Shown here: positions 25,264 to 34,317 of the stretch, piece after piece
Numbering within the stretch: position 1 is the first letter of the stretch
Layout of the letters: every line of letters begins with the position of its first letter
Assembly: GCA_022562295.1 (NCBI GenBank)
Contig: JADFPO010000001.1
Location: 13,112 to 77,111 of the forward strand
Direction: 5' to 3'
DNA from: Gemmatimonadota bacterium
GTDB taxonomy: Bacteria > Gemmatimonadota > Gemmatimonadetes > Gemmatimonadales > GWC2-71-9
Length of the DNA stretch: 64,000 nt
Notes under the pieces: model-generated
Database searches by the model: none
What the model was told of the DNA's origin: nothing
The model's input: the letters and a program-made list of their open reading frames with translations, nothing else
Translations under genes and position numbers: made by a program

Positions 25264-25288
25264 GGGGCCGGCAAAGCGTGCCGGCCCC
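25264..25288. terminator. GC-rich hairpin between convergent genes (candidate bidirectional terminator)
   Basis: GGGGCCGGCA-aagcg-TGCCGGCCCC: a perfect 10-bp stem with a 5-nt loop. TTTT follows on the minus-strand reading. Confidence 0.6.
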
Positions 25289-25318
25289 CGTGCAACGACT
25301 TGCGTCCTGCGTGTCCGC

Positions 25319-25555
25319 CTAACGGCGGCGGCGCGCGGCCTTACGCTTGGTCGCCTTCTTCTTGGTGGCCTTGCGCTTGGTCGCCTTCTTCTTGGTGGCC
25401 TTGCGCTTGGTCGCCTTCTTCTTGGTGGCCTTGCGCTTGGTCGCCTTCTTCTTGGTGGCCTTACGCTTGGTCGCCTTCTTCTTGGTGGCCTTACGCTTGG
25501 TCGCCTTCTTCTTGGTGGCCTTACGCTTGGTCGCCTTCTTCCGCTTTGCTGCCAT
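25319..25555 (-). CDS. Lysine-rich histone-H1-like / nucleoid-associated repeat protein
   Basis: 78 aa: MAAKRKKATKRKATKKKATKRKATKKK..ATKRKAARRRR. The ATG is preceded by GGAGGA at a 5-nt spacing, and the hairpin terminator lies downstream. Confidence 0.75.
   Translation of the reverse strand: MAAKRKKATKRKATKKKATKRKATKKKATKRKATKKKATKRKATKKKATKRKATKKKATKRKATKKKATKRKAARRRR
25337..25541. repeat. 30-bp tandem repeat, 6 full plus 2 partial copies, inside the H1-like CDS
   Basis: Unit tcgccttcttcttggtggccttRcgcttgg starts at 25351, 25381, 25411 (R=g) and at 25441, 25471, 25501 (R=a). The only variation is one synonymous position. Confidence 0.95.
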
Positions 25556-26220
25556 GAAACTCCTCCCGGGAAACAGTTACACAATCCGTCCCGATTGGAC
25601 GGATCTCACACAGCGCGGCGCAGAACGCCGCAACCCACTCTGACCTGCTGGAACACCGGAGTGGAAACCGGCATCAGCTCCTCGCAACCACCAACCGTTA
25701 GGTACCGGTGTTGCGTTGATCTGATAAGTGCGTGGCTGGTCCTGTTGAGTTCGCTGTTACTGATTGGATCGCTACGGATGGAGGTCTGAGTACTGAAAGG
25801 GGACTGAAAGGGCCACGCTGCCCTGACATCGAGGCACCGCTTGTTAGGTCGTTTGTTGTTTGGTGCGTCGCGTCCGTTCATTCCGTTTGTGTGCCGGCCC
25901 GGCGCATAAACCGAAGCGAATATTATACATGCCGGTAGAACGCGCAATAGTTTTTTCAATATTCGCTCAAAGACGAACAACAAGATTTGCCACCAAGAAA
26001 CGGATTGATGGCGGTCCGCGGAAATTTTTCGAATCAAAATGCGTGCGGTGCGGGGACCGAGAGCGACTTCTCGCGGTCCATCTTGATGGGGACCGACCGC
26101 GTCGTGCACGCGTTGCCGCGGCACTCTCTTGCTACTCCGGCTGTTCCCTTCTCCCTGCCGGATATCTGTCGCGGAGTGTATAATCCGGCACCAAATTCGT
26201 GAGATCCCAGCGAGCAACTG

Positions 26221-27261
26221 ATGCGAGCAATTCAAAAACTCGAGCGAGCTCCCGGGCTCACCGTCACAGACGTTCCGGAGCCCGAATGTGGACAGGCCGA
26301 CGTGCTGATCCGCGTTCGGCACGCCGGCGTTTGCGGAACCGATCTGCACATCGCCGACTGGGACGAGTGGGCTCAAAATCGGATCAACCCGCCTTTGGTG
26401 GTCGGCCACGAGTTCGCGGGAGAGATCGTTGAAATCGGCCCGGACGTCGAGGACACGTTTCACGTCGGTCAACGGGTAACGGCAGAGGGCCACATCGTCT
26501 CCGGCCATACGCGTCAAAGTCGAACCGGGGACGGACACGTATGTCCCAGCACCCGGATCATAGGTGTGGACCGGGACGGTGCGTTTGCAGAGTACATCGC
26601 CATGCCCGCCTCGAATGTGATCCCGCTGGGTGATATCTCGACCATCTTGGGATCCATCATGGATCCGATAGGAAATGCATTTCACACCGTCCTCACCGCG
26701 AATATTCCGGGCAGCACGGTGCTCATGCTTGGTTGCGGACCAATCGGGTGCTTCGCGGTCGGCGTCGCGAGAGCGGCCGGGGCCGCCAAAATCATCGCCG
26801 CCGACCCCAACCCGCGTCGGACCCAGTTGGCACGCCAGATGGGTGCGCACGTAACGGTTGACGTGCCCCAACATGATGTGGTGGAACGCGTCATGGCCGA
26901 AACCAACGGTGAAGGAGTGGATGTCGTGTGCGAGATGTCGGGACATCCCGAGGCCGTCCGGCAGGCGCTGCAGAGCGCGCGACCGGGAGGACGAGTGCAG
27001 CTCCTGGGGATTCCAAAAAGTGCAGTGCCGATTCGCCTTGCCGAGGACGTGATATTCAAAGGCCTGACCCTCTACGGTGTCGCCGGTCGCAAGATGTTCG
27101 AGACCTGGTACCAGATGCAGGCTTTTATTAGCTCGGGTCTATTCGATCCGTCACCCGTCATCACCCACACCTATCCACTGGAACAAATCGACGATGCCCT
27201 GGCTGTCATTCGCTCGGGACAGGCCGGTAAGGTCATCCTCGAAGTCGGAGAGAACGGATGA
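26221..27261 (+). CDS. tdh: L-threonine 3-dehydrogenase
   Basis: 346 aa: MRAIQKLERAPGLTVTDVPEPECGQADVLIRVRHAGVCGTDLHI... This is a zinc-ADH fold with the Tdh N-terminus. Followed by kbl with a 4-nt overlap. Confidence 0.9.
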   Translation: MRAIQKLERAPGLTVTDVPEPECGQADVLIRVRHAGVCGTDLHIADWDEWAQNRINPPLVVGHEFAGEIVEIGPDVEDTFHVGQRVTAEGHIVSGHTRQSRTGDGHVCPSTRIIGVDRDGAFAEYIAMPASNVIPLGDISTILGSIMDPIGNAFHTVLTANIPGSTVLMLGCGPIGCFAVGVARAAGAAKIIAADPNPRRTQLARQMGAHVTVDVPQHDVVERVMAETNGEGVDVVCEMSGHPEAVRQALQSARPGGRVQLLGIPKSAVPIRLAEDVIFKGLTLYGVAGRKMFETWYQMQAFISSGLFDPSPVITHTYPLEQIDDALAVIRSGQAGKVILEVGENG

Positions 27262-28457
27262 ACATCACGGTCGAACAACGCGTGCGCGACCAACTCGATG
27301 AGTTCCGGAGGGACGGGGTCTACAAACGGCTGAACCACATCGAATCGCCTCAAGCCGCCCGCGTCGCCATGGAAGGGCGCGGCGAGGTCATCATCCTATC
27401 GAGTAACAACTACCTCGGGCTCAGCAACGAGCCCCAGGTCGTGCAGGCGGCCAAGGACGCCCTCGACCAGTACGGCGCCGGCACGGCAAGCGTTCGATTC
27501 ATCTGCGGCACCTTCACGATACACCGCGAACTGGAGAGCGAACTCGCGAGCCTGGTGGGCACCGACGCGTCGCTCTCATTCGTGTCCTGTTGGAACGCCA
27601 ACGAGGCCTTGTTCGCCACTTTGCTCGGACCGGATGACACGGTGATCTCGGATCAGTTGAACCACGCGTCGATCATCGACGCGATGCGACTCGCCAAGGC
27701 AATCGTGAAGTGCGAAACCGCAGTGTACAGACACTCCGACATGGACGACCTCAGAGCGAAGCTCGTGGCGGCGAAGGATCGACGTACCCGCGTCGTGGTC
27801 ACGGACGGCGTGTTCTCGATGGAGGGTGACGTGGCCAAACTCGCCGAGATCGTCGAGCTCAGCCGGCAATACGATGCCCTCGTCGTTGTCGACGACTCTC
27901 ACGCCACCGGTGTCCTCGGGGCGACCGGGCGTGGCACCGCCGAGCATCGACATGTGCTCGGCGAGATCGACATCATCACCTCGACCCTGGGCAAGGCGTT
28001 GGGCGGCGCTGCCGGAGGTTTCGTCGCATCGTCCGCCGCCGTCTGCGACTACCTCACTCAGCGCTCGCGACCACAGCTGTTCTCTAACGCGCTCCCGTGC
28101 ACCGTAGCGGGAAGCGCCTTGGCTGCCGTTCGTCATCTGCGCGGCCACCCCGAATCGGTGACGCGGCTCCACGAAAACACTGCCTACTTCCGGCAGCAGT
28201 TGCTCTCTCGCGGATTCAAGCCTCTCGAGGGAGAAACACCGATAATTCCCGTCATCCTGGGCGAAACGGCCAAGGCCATCCAGATGAGCGAGATGCTGCT
28301 CGACGAGGGGGTGTTCGCGACCGGCTTCGGATACCCGGTGGTGCCCAAAGGCGAAGCGCGGGTGCGATGCCAGATTTCGGCCGCCCACACCCGAGCCGAC
28401 CTCGACCAGGCGCTCGAGGCCTTTACCAAAGTCGGGCAAAAACTAGGTCTCATTTAG
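27258..28457 (+). CDS. kbl: 2-amino-3-ketobutyrate CoA ligase (glycine C-acetyltransferase)
   Basis: 399-aa PLP alpha-oxoamine synthase pattern (..NNYLGLS.., ..VDDSHATGVLG.., ..TSTLGKALGG..). Paired with tdh. Confidence 0.9.
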   Translation: MNITVEQRVRDQLDEFRRDGVYKRLNHIESPQAARVAMEGRGEVIILSSNNYLGLSNEPQVVQAAKDALDQYGAGTASVRFICGTFTIHRELESELASLVGTDASLSFVSCWNANEALFATLLGPDDTVISDQLNHASIIDAMRLAKAIVKCETAVYRHSDMDDLRAKLVAAKDRRTRVVVTDGVFSMEGDVAKLAEIVELSRQYDALVVVDDSHATGVLGATGRGTAEHRHVLGEIDIITSTLGKALGGAAGGFVASSAAVCDYLTQRSRPQLFSNALPCTVAGSALAAVRHLRGHPESVTRLHENTAYFRQQLLSRGFKPLEGETPIIPVILGETAKAIQMSEMLLDEGVFATGFGYPVVPKGEARVRCQISAAHTRADLDQALEAFTKVGQKLGLI

Positions 28458-28636
28458 CCCTCCGAAAACCCATCGGAGCCACCAAGCTTCAAGTAATTTC
28501 ACAGATCAGCGCCATAAACTACCCACTGACAACGAGCTACAGTGTTACTCGGCCTGGCGCTCTGAGCCAGAATTCCCTATCTTGGGGCCCCTGATCGCGG
28601 GCGAGCCCGCAAGCCGAGGCAGTGGAGGCGACTCAG

Positions 28637-29264
28637 ATGCGGAGCCGATGCGGAATATTGATGGTTATGGTGGTGCTCGCCGGTGTCGCGACACCGGCAC
28701 TGGGGCAGGATAGGTCGTGGCAAAACAAGTGGTATTGGGGCACCCAGGGCGGGGCTCACGGCTACGGCCTCGGAGGGAAGCATCCGGGTGGCCCCGACGG
28801 CCGGAGGCCATTGGTTCATAACGGCCGGGCGCTCGGCGCTCTACCTGGGCTTCGACCAACAGTTCTTCCCGACCGTGGCGTTGAGGATCCCGACCGGCCA
28901 ACCGATTCGGTTCGGGAGGGGGCAGCGGTTCCAGGCCACGGTCTACGCGGTCCCCACCGACAGCAAGTTTCAGGTCATGTTGGGCGGTGGGTTCGCCATC
29001 AGCCGCATTACCGACGCCCGCCTCACCGCCCCGCTGGCCTCGGTATTGGACCAACGCCATCTGGAGGACGCGTCCACGAAGGCCTTCCTCGTCTTGAGTG
29101 CGGGCTGGCAATACCGGGCCGGACTGCGGTGGGCGATCTTCGGCCAATACCAGTACATGCCCGGCAGTGCAGACTTCGTCATCAGCAGCAATCAACACAT
29201 ACTCAACTTGGGGATACGGTATGTGGTGACCCACGCCGAAGAGGTCGTCACGACGGAACGCTAA
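28637..29264 (+). pseudogene. Frameshifted copy of the secreted ~200-aa paralog family (copy 1)
   Basis: GGAGG + ATG at 28637 gives MRSRCGILMVMVVLAGVATPALGQDRSWQNKWYWGTQGG in the frame of ORF 28622. Homology to copy 2 then continues in the frame of ORF 28683 (..VAPTAGGHWFITAGRSALY..). Hand alignment places an extra 7 nt (catccgg, 28781-28787), with one Gly codon fewer, which is a net +1 shift. Confidence 0.7.
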
Positions 29265-29465
29265 GCCCATCCGTCGGGAGGGACAGTGGGGCGGAGGACC
29301 GCGCTCGCGACTTCGTGAGAAACCGCCTCCCACGATTGCCTCGGTCGGCAAGTGCGGGTATCGAGCCTAGGAGATCCGCCGATTTGGTGACGTAGGCCAT
29401 TGACACCATCGGCCTTTTGAGGCCCTATTTTAGGATACGACAACGGCAACCCCAGCGGAGGCTGG

Positions 29466-30092
29466 ATGCGAATTCCAAGATCGGCGTTCCTCGGCGTAGC
29501 ACTCCTTGCCGGACTCACCACATCCGCGGTGGCGCAGGACCGCTCGTGGCAGAACAAATGGTATTGGGGTACGCAGGGCGGAATCCAGACGTTTGCCCTG
29601 GGCGGCGGCAAGGTGGCCGCGACGGCCGGCGGGCACTGGTTTATTACGGCGGGCCGTTCCGCACTGTATGTGGCTTTCGACCAGCAATTCATGCAGAACC
29701 TGACCCAGACGATTCAAACCGGGCAGACTGCAAGCTTCGAGCGCGGGCAGCGCTTTCAGGCAACCGTGTACGCGGTCCCGAGCGACAACAAGCTGCAGGT
29801 GATGCTCGGCGGCGGCTTCGCCATCAGCCGCATCACCGACGCCCAGCTCGATACTACCGTGCCCACGAGCGTACTCGACGGCCGGCAACTGGACGACGCA
29901 GCGACCAAGGCCTTTCTGATTTTGAGCGGCGGGTTGCAATACCGGGCCGGACTGCGCTGGGCCATCTTCGGCCAATACCAGTACATGCCCGGAAGTAACG
30001 ACTACGTCATCAGGAGCGCCCAGCACACGTTCAACTTGGGGTTACGGTATGCCGTGACCCATTCTGAAGAGGTCGTAACGACAGAGCGCTGA
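29466..30092 (+). CDS. Secreted protein of unknown function (intact paralog, copy 2)
   Basis: 208 aa with signal peptide ..LAGLTTSAVAQ. It is collinear with copy 1 along the whole length (QDRSWQNKWYWGTQGG..GGHWFITAGRSALY..QRFQATVYAVP..LRWAIFGQYQYMPGS..EEVVTTER). Confidence 0.8.
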   Translation: MRIPRSAFLGVALLAGLTTSAVAQDRSWQNKWYWGTQGGIQTFALGGGKVAATAGGHWFITAGRSALYVAFDQQFMQNLTQTIQTGQTASFERGQRFQATVYAVPSDNKLQVMLGGGFAISRITDAQLDTTVPTSVLDGRQLDDAATKAFLILSGGLQYRAGLRWAIFGQYQYMPGSNDYVIRSAQHTFNLGLRYAVTHSEEVVTTER

Positions 30093-30093
30093 A

Positions 30094-30777
30094 TCACCCT
30101 CGCCGCGAAAGCCAAGGCGAATCACTCACAAAGAAACGAAGCGGCCAATCCGCGGCTCGCGATATGCCGATCCGTGGGCCCGATCCAATTTCGGACCCGC
30201 GCGGGGCACCCGCCACCCGTTTCAGACGAACGCGCGTCCCGTTCAGCGGCATCCCATTCAACCCGTCCGTAATCGCCAACGCCTCGCACAACCTCCCCGG
30301 ACCCGAGCAAAGTAAACGGGCGTTGCGGAAGCCGCGCCGGCGCGCCATCACGGTTGCGCCCGCGATCGGCTCGAGGGCCCTCACCAGCACTGCTGCGGGA
30401 AATCCGCTCTGTTGCGTCACGACGTTGAAGCACCAATGAACGCCATAGGAACGGTACACGTACGCCGTACCTGGCGGACCATACATGGCTTCGTTGCGGG
30501 TCGTCTTACGCCACTTGGCGCTGTGAGACGCCGGGTCATCGGGGCCGAGGTACGCCTCGACCTCAACGATCCGACCGGCGGTTCGGGTGTTCCGAGTCCG
30601 AGTCTCGAGGACACAGCCCAACAACTCGCGCGCCACTAGTTCGGTGTCGCGGGCGTAGAAGCTGCGAGGGAGCGTGCCGCTACTCTTCGTCGGCGCCCTC
30701 GCCGAGCATGACGCGCTGCAGCGCTGCCGACATGCGTTTGAAGATGCCTCCCTCGGTCGGAGTACGCGACGCCGCAT
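30094..30777 (-). CDS. mpg: DNA-3-methyladenine glycosylase (MPG/AAG family)
   Basis: C-terminal ~190 aa: LPRSFYARDTELVARELLGCVL..GRIVEVEAYLGPDDPASHS..GTAYVYRSYGVHWCFNVV... Track ORF 30094..31287 trimmed to the ATG at 30777, the closest in-frame start. That start overlaps the upstream gene by 98 nt, so it is uncertain. Confidence 0.7.
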   Translation of the reverse strand: MRRRVLRPREASSNACRQRCSASCSARAPTKSSGTLPRSFYARDTELVARELLGCVLETRTRNTRTAGRIVEVEAYLGPDDPASHSAKWRKTTRNEAMYGPPGTAYVYRSYGVHWCFNVVTQQSGFPAAVLVRALEPIAGATVMARRRGFRNARLLCSGPGRLCEALAITDGLNGMPLNGTRVRLKRVAGAPRGSEIGSGPRIGISRAADWPLRFFVSDSPWLSRRG

Positions 30778-32656
30778 CGTGGTCCACGCCCGCAGTGGTG
30801 GCTTGCGTCCCACCTCCTCGCTGCTCCGAGGGTTTGGTTCGCACCGTCTTGGGGGGCGGGCGGGCGGGTGCCGACGCGGACGCCGTGGAGTCATCGTGCC
30901 GCGCAGCGGGCCGGCGTGCCGTGGGAGCCCGTTTTCGACCGACGGTCCCGGACTTGGCGGCTGTGTTCCTCTGGGGCTTGGCGGCCCCCGAGCCGCCACC
31001 TCGAACACTCGACGCCTGCCCGTTTTCGATAGGGGAGCGACGAGAACCCGCCGGCCGGCGCGGGGACCGACGCGCTGGTTTCTTTTCCGGTGCCGTGGCG
31101 GGTTTCTCGCTGAAAGGTTCCACCGTGCTCTCGCCTTGCGGCAACTGCGCGGCGTAAGGTGCTGCCGGCCGCCGGGTCCGACTGCTACCGCGCCCGCGCA
31201 CTGAGCGTCTGTTCGAACTGGCCGGCTTGTCAGCGGGCACGGCCGGTCTTGGGCCAGACGGCGTGGGGGCTTCAGGCGCCACGTCACCCGTACCCAGAGT
31301 AGTAGAAGAGGAGGCGCTCTTCTCCTTCGTTTTGCGGGTCGAAGTCCTCTTCACCTTCTTGCGGGCGGGGGCAGCAGCGACGCCATCTTTGTCGACGCCC
31401 TCGCCATCGACTGGCGATTCGCCGTCGGGGGCCTCTTGCGGAGCTACACGAGTGCGGCTCTTGCGGGCGGTGGTGCTCGTGCGTTTGCGTTTCGTACGAG
31501 CCACCGGCTTCTCGTCGTGTGGCTCGTCGTCATCTCGAACTTCGGAGTGGAGCTTGAGGAGGTAACCGTCGCCGTCCTTCACGAGGTCGATCAACGCAGC
31601 GTCGTGCGCCTGCCGGAGCATGCGCTGAAACCGCCTCGGCTCGAAGATCGGATCGTCGGCAGCGTCTCCCAACTCAGCCGTCTTCGCGCGGGCCTGATCC
31701 GCGGTGATCGACTCAGACCCTACCGCACCGAGAGCCTCCAACGCCTTTCTGAGAAGAGCGAACGCGGATGCCAGAGTGAGTCCCGTCGCGCCGACATCGT
31801 CGGGGGCCTGCGCACGGCCACCCTTGGCGCGCCTAGCATCATCTTCCGGCGCTGGCACGTCGACTTCCAGTGGGATATTGGCATCGGGACCAATTCGAAT
31901 GGCATACTGTCCACTCTCCATCTTGGTGAGCACCAGCAAGCCACGTTGCTCCGCTCCGAGCACGAACTTGCCGAACCGATTGAACCCAGCATCTTTTTCG
32001 TCGAAGTGCGGATCGATTTGTTGCATCACTTGCTTCAGCCGATCCGATCGCATGACATCACCGGTCTGCCCCATCCGCAACACCGCCTCCACGACGAGTT
32101 CCCACGGATCACGCCGCATCACCTCGATCTCGCCCTCTTTCGTGAGGCCGGTGAGTTCGGCGTAGCTGAAGTATTCGTCGCAGTTTTGCACCAGCAAGTT
32201 GCTGGCTGATTCGCGTATACCGACCCCGATCACCCACTTGCCGTACTCCTTGAGCTTGAGCACCAGACTCGAGAAATCACTGTCGCCCGATAGCAGGATG
32301 TACGTTCCGATCTCCGGACGTGTGAAGACCAACTCGAGCGCATCGATGGCCAACCGAATGTCGGTGGCGTTTTTCTTGTTCGATCCAAAGGCAGGAGCGA
32401 ATATGAGGTCGATCGAGGCCTCGGAAAGCGGCACAATGTATTGCGGATACCGCCGCCAGTCCGCGTACGCGCGCTGCACCGTCACTTTACTCTTGATGAT
32501 CTCCGAGTTGAGCAGCTTGCGCAGCTGATTCTGAAGATCAGAGCGGATCCCCATCGTCACGTTGTCGAAATCGATCAACAACGCCGCTTTCGTCTGGCCT
32601 GCTCCGGCTTCTTGTCGTGAAGGCGCTGGCCCTCGTCCCGGTTCGGAATCGTTCAC
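30680..32656 (-). CDS. NYN (PIN-like) ribonuclease domain + two OST-HTH/LOTUS domains + ~300-aa basic disordered tail
   Basis: 658 aa. The N-terminus [39 protein letters not shown] is LabA/NYN-like. Two ~70-aa helical modules follow (..[30 protein letters not shown].., ..[27 protein letters not shown]..). The rest is Pro/Ala/Arg/Lys/Ser/Thr-rich. Confidence 0.7.
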   Translation of the reverse strand: MNDSEPGRGPAPSRQEAGAGQTKAALLIDFDNVTMGIRSDLQNQLRKLLNSEIIKSKVTVQRAYADWRRYPQYIVPLSEASIDLIFAPAFGSNKKNATDIRLAIDALELVFTRPEIGTYILLSGDSDFSSLVLKLKEYGKWVIGVGIRESASNLLVQNCDEYFSYAELTGLTKEGEIEVMRRDPWELVVEAVLRMGQTGDVMRSDRLKQVMQQIDPHFDEKDAGFNRFGKFVLGAEQRGLLVLTKMESGQYAIRIGPDANIPLEVDVPAPEDDARRAKGGRAQAPDDVGATGLTLASAFALLRKALEALGAVGSESITADQARAKTAELGDAADDPIFEPRRFQRMLRQAHDAALIDLVKDGDGYLLKLHSEVRDDDEPHDEKPVARTKRKRTSTTARKSRTRVAPQEAPDGESPVDGEGVDKDGVAAAPARKKVKRTSTRKTKEKSASSSTTLGTGDVAPEAPTPSGPRPAVPADKPASSNRRSVRGRGSSRTRRPAAPYAAQLPQGESTVEPFSEKPATAPEKKPARRSPRRPAGSRRSPIENGQASSVRGGGSGAAKPQRNTAAKSGTVGRKRAPTARRPAARHDDSTASASAPARPPPKTVRTKPSEQRGGGTQATTAGVDHDAASRTPTEGGIFKRMSAALQRVMLGEGADEE

Positions 32657-34224
32657 GTGGGGCTCATTTCAAGCCGCACCATCTCCGCCAACTCTCTTCG
32701 CTTCACTTTGCCACTCCCGGTCATTGGGAAGGTGTCGAAGAACCGCACGACGTCAGGGACTTTATAATCGGCGACCTGATCACGACAGAATGCCTTGAGC
32801 TCGTCTCCCGTCACGATGGCGCCCTCGACCGGAACGACCGTCGCACAAATCAACTCCCCGAGGATCTCATTCGGTACGCCGAGGACACACACGTCGTCGA
32901 CGGCGCGGTGTGCTCGGAGCACGTCCTCCAACTCGCGGGGATAGATGTTGTAGCCGCCGCGAATGATCATTTCTTTACGAAGCCCGACGATCGAGACGAA
33001 TCCGTCCTCGTCCAGCACCGCCAGATCGCCCGTGAGGAAGTAACCTTCGGAGGTGAACGACCGCTCTGTTTCCACCGGCATCCGGTAATATCCGGACATG
33101 ACGTTGGGACCCTTGACCGCCAGCTCTCCCACCGCTTCCAACCCGTGGTGCGCCTCGGTCTCAACATCGATAATGCTGACCTCGACTCCCTCGATCGGGC
33201 GACCAACCGTGGTCTCCCGCGTCTCCTCCGGATCGTCAAAACGTGTGATGGTGACGGTGGGGCCCGTCTCGGTGAGGCCGTAGGCGATCTGCACGTCGTT
33301 CCAGCGACGGATACGCCGAACGAGATCCTGCGACACAGGGCTCCCCGCGACAATCCCAGTTCGTACGGTGGAGAGATCTCGCCCTTCCATAGACGGGTCG
33401 CGCATCAGGAGGCGAAACATCGTCGGCACGCCGTGGCAGATCGTAATGCCCTCCCGCTCGATGGTGTCGAGCACAAGTTCGGCCCGGAACCGCTCCAGCA
33501 GGACCAGCGTCGCACCGGTGACGAGCGCCGAAATCGCTATGTGCACACCAAACACTGTCGACATCGGAACGCTGCCCAGAACTTTCTCCCCGTCCTCCAT
33601 TTGCAAGACTTCGGAGGTACGCAGCGCCGTGAAGACGAGATTGTCGTGGGTGAGCACAACGCCCTTCGGTTTACCCATGGTACCTGACGTGTACATGACC
33701 GCTAGAGGCGCCGCAGCCGGATCCACCTCGGCGATCGGCCGCGGCGTCCGGCGACCACCACTCACCAGGTCGTGGAACCGGAACACCCGGTCGTCGTACC
33801 ACCGGTCTTCGTCACCGACCGTGACGAGGTACTGTAGATCCGGAAGATCCACGATGAGTTCCTCGAACACCTCCAGCGGATCGAAATCCCGGGTCGACTC
33901 CGGAACCACCAAGACGCTGGCTTCGGCATGCCGCAGTTGGTACTTGAGCTCGGGATAACTCACGGAGGGATCGATCGGGACCACGACGGCACCCATGCGC
34001 GCCGCCGCCAAAAGCGAAATCACCCACTCGGGGCGATTGGCGAGTTCGACCGCGACCGCATCCCCGGACTCGATCCCGAAGTCGCCGAACGCTGCCTGCA
34101 ACGCTCTCGCTTCCTGGTCTACCTGGCCGTACGTCATCCGCCGATTCCCAAAAACAAGGCACTCTCGGGTGGGGTGTTGCGCCGCCCGTTCGGCGAAGAG
34201 CTCGGCTAGGTGGTTGTTCGCCAA
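32653..34224 (-). CDS. Acyl-CoA synthetase / AMP-dependent ligase
   Basis: 523 aa with [12 protein letters not shown] (AMP-binding motif I), AYGLTETG and a C-terminal GKVKRREL. Its stop overlaps the NYN gene start by 4 nt. Confidence 0.85.
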   Translation of the reverse strand: MANNHLAELFAERAAQHPTRECLVFGNRRMTYGQVDQEARALQAAFGDFGIESGDAVAVELANRPEWVISLLAAARMGAVVVPIDPSVSYPELKYQLRHAEASVLVVPESTRDFDPLEVFEELIVDLPDLQYLVTVGDEDRWYDDRVFRFHDLVSGGRRTPRPIAEVDPAAAPLAVMYTSGTMGKPKGVVLTHDNLVFTALRTSEVLQMEDGEKVLGSVPMSTVFGVHIAISALVTGATLVLLERFRAELVLDTIEREGITICHGVPTMFRLLMRDPSMEGRDLSTVRTGIVAGSPVSQDLVRRIRRWNDVQIAYGLTETGPTVTITRFDDPEETRETTVGRPIEGVEVSIIDVETEAHHGLEAVGELAVKGPNVMSGYYRMPVETERSFTSEGYFLTGDLAVLDEDGFVSIVGLRKEMIIRGGYNIYPRELEDVLRAHRAVDDVCVLGVPNEILGELICATVVPVEGAIVTGDELKAFCRDQVADYKVPDVVRFFDTFPMTGSGKVKRRELAEMVRLEMSPT

Positions 34225-34317
34225 ATCTCCCCTGACACACGGTGGGTACTTGTTGAAGATAGCGGACTCACGGCTGGCTCACCACTCCCCTCACACCCGG
34301 CCGCCAACCGACGGCGG

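Noticed and set aside
25337-25541. Regular 30-bp repeat array that could look like a CRISPR array at first glance
   Set aside because: The units are contiguous with no spacers. The array lies inside a well-supported CDS (RBS, ATG, terminator), and no cas genes are nearby. It is a coding tandem repeat.
25054-25789. Alternative-frame ORFs across the repeat (25054..25584 minus RRRRPSVRPP.., 25076..25789 plus LGRLLLGG.., 25300..25557 plus WSPSSWWP.., 25347..25643 plus LVAFFLVALR..)
   Set aside because: These are the same periodic DNA read in other frames. None has the GGAGGA-ATG context or terminator placement of the KATKRKATKK frame, and the longer ones run across the convergent terminator hairpin.
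25556-26220. Glycine or TPP riboswitch, tRNA, tmRNA or RNase P RNA in the large intergenic region
   Set aside because: I could not find the conserved cores: no tRNA T-loop GGTTCGAATCC context, no CTGAGA/ACCTGA TPP core, no glycine-riboswitch GGAGAG..CACCG pattern, and no tmRNA tag ORF. The region is kept only as a generic sRNA/regulatory candidate.
25606-26946. 446-aa minus-strand ORF
   Set aside because: It is antisense to tdh for half its length, then crosses the ~40% GC intergenic island. It has no motifs, whereas tdh on the plus strand is unambiguous.
28460-28478. Hairpin CTCCGA-aaaccca-TCGGAG after kbl as a terminator
   Set aside because: It has only a 6-bp stem and no U-tract. It is too weak to call, though it may still contribute to termination.
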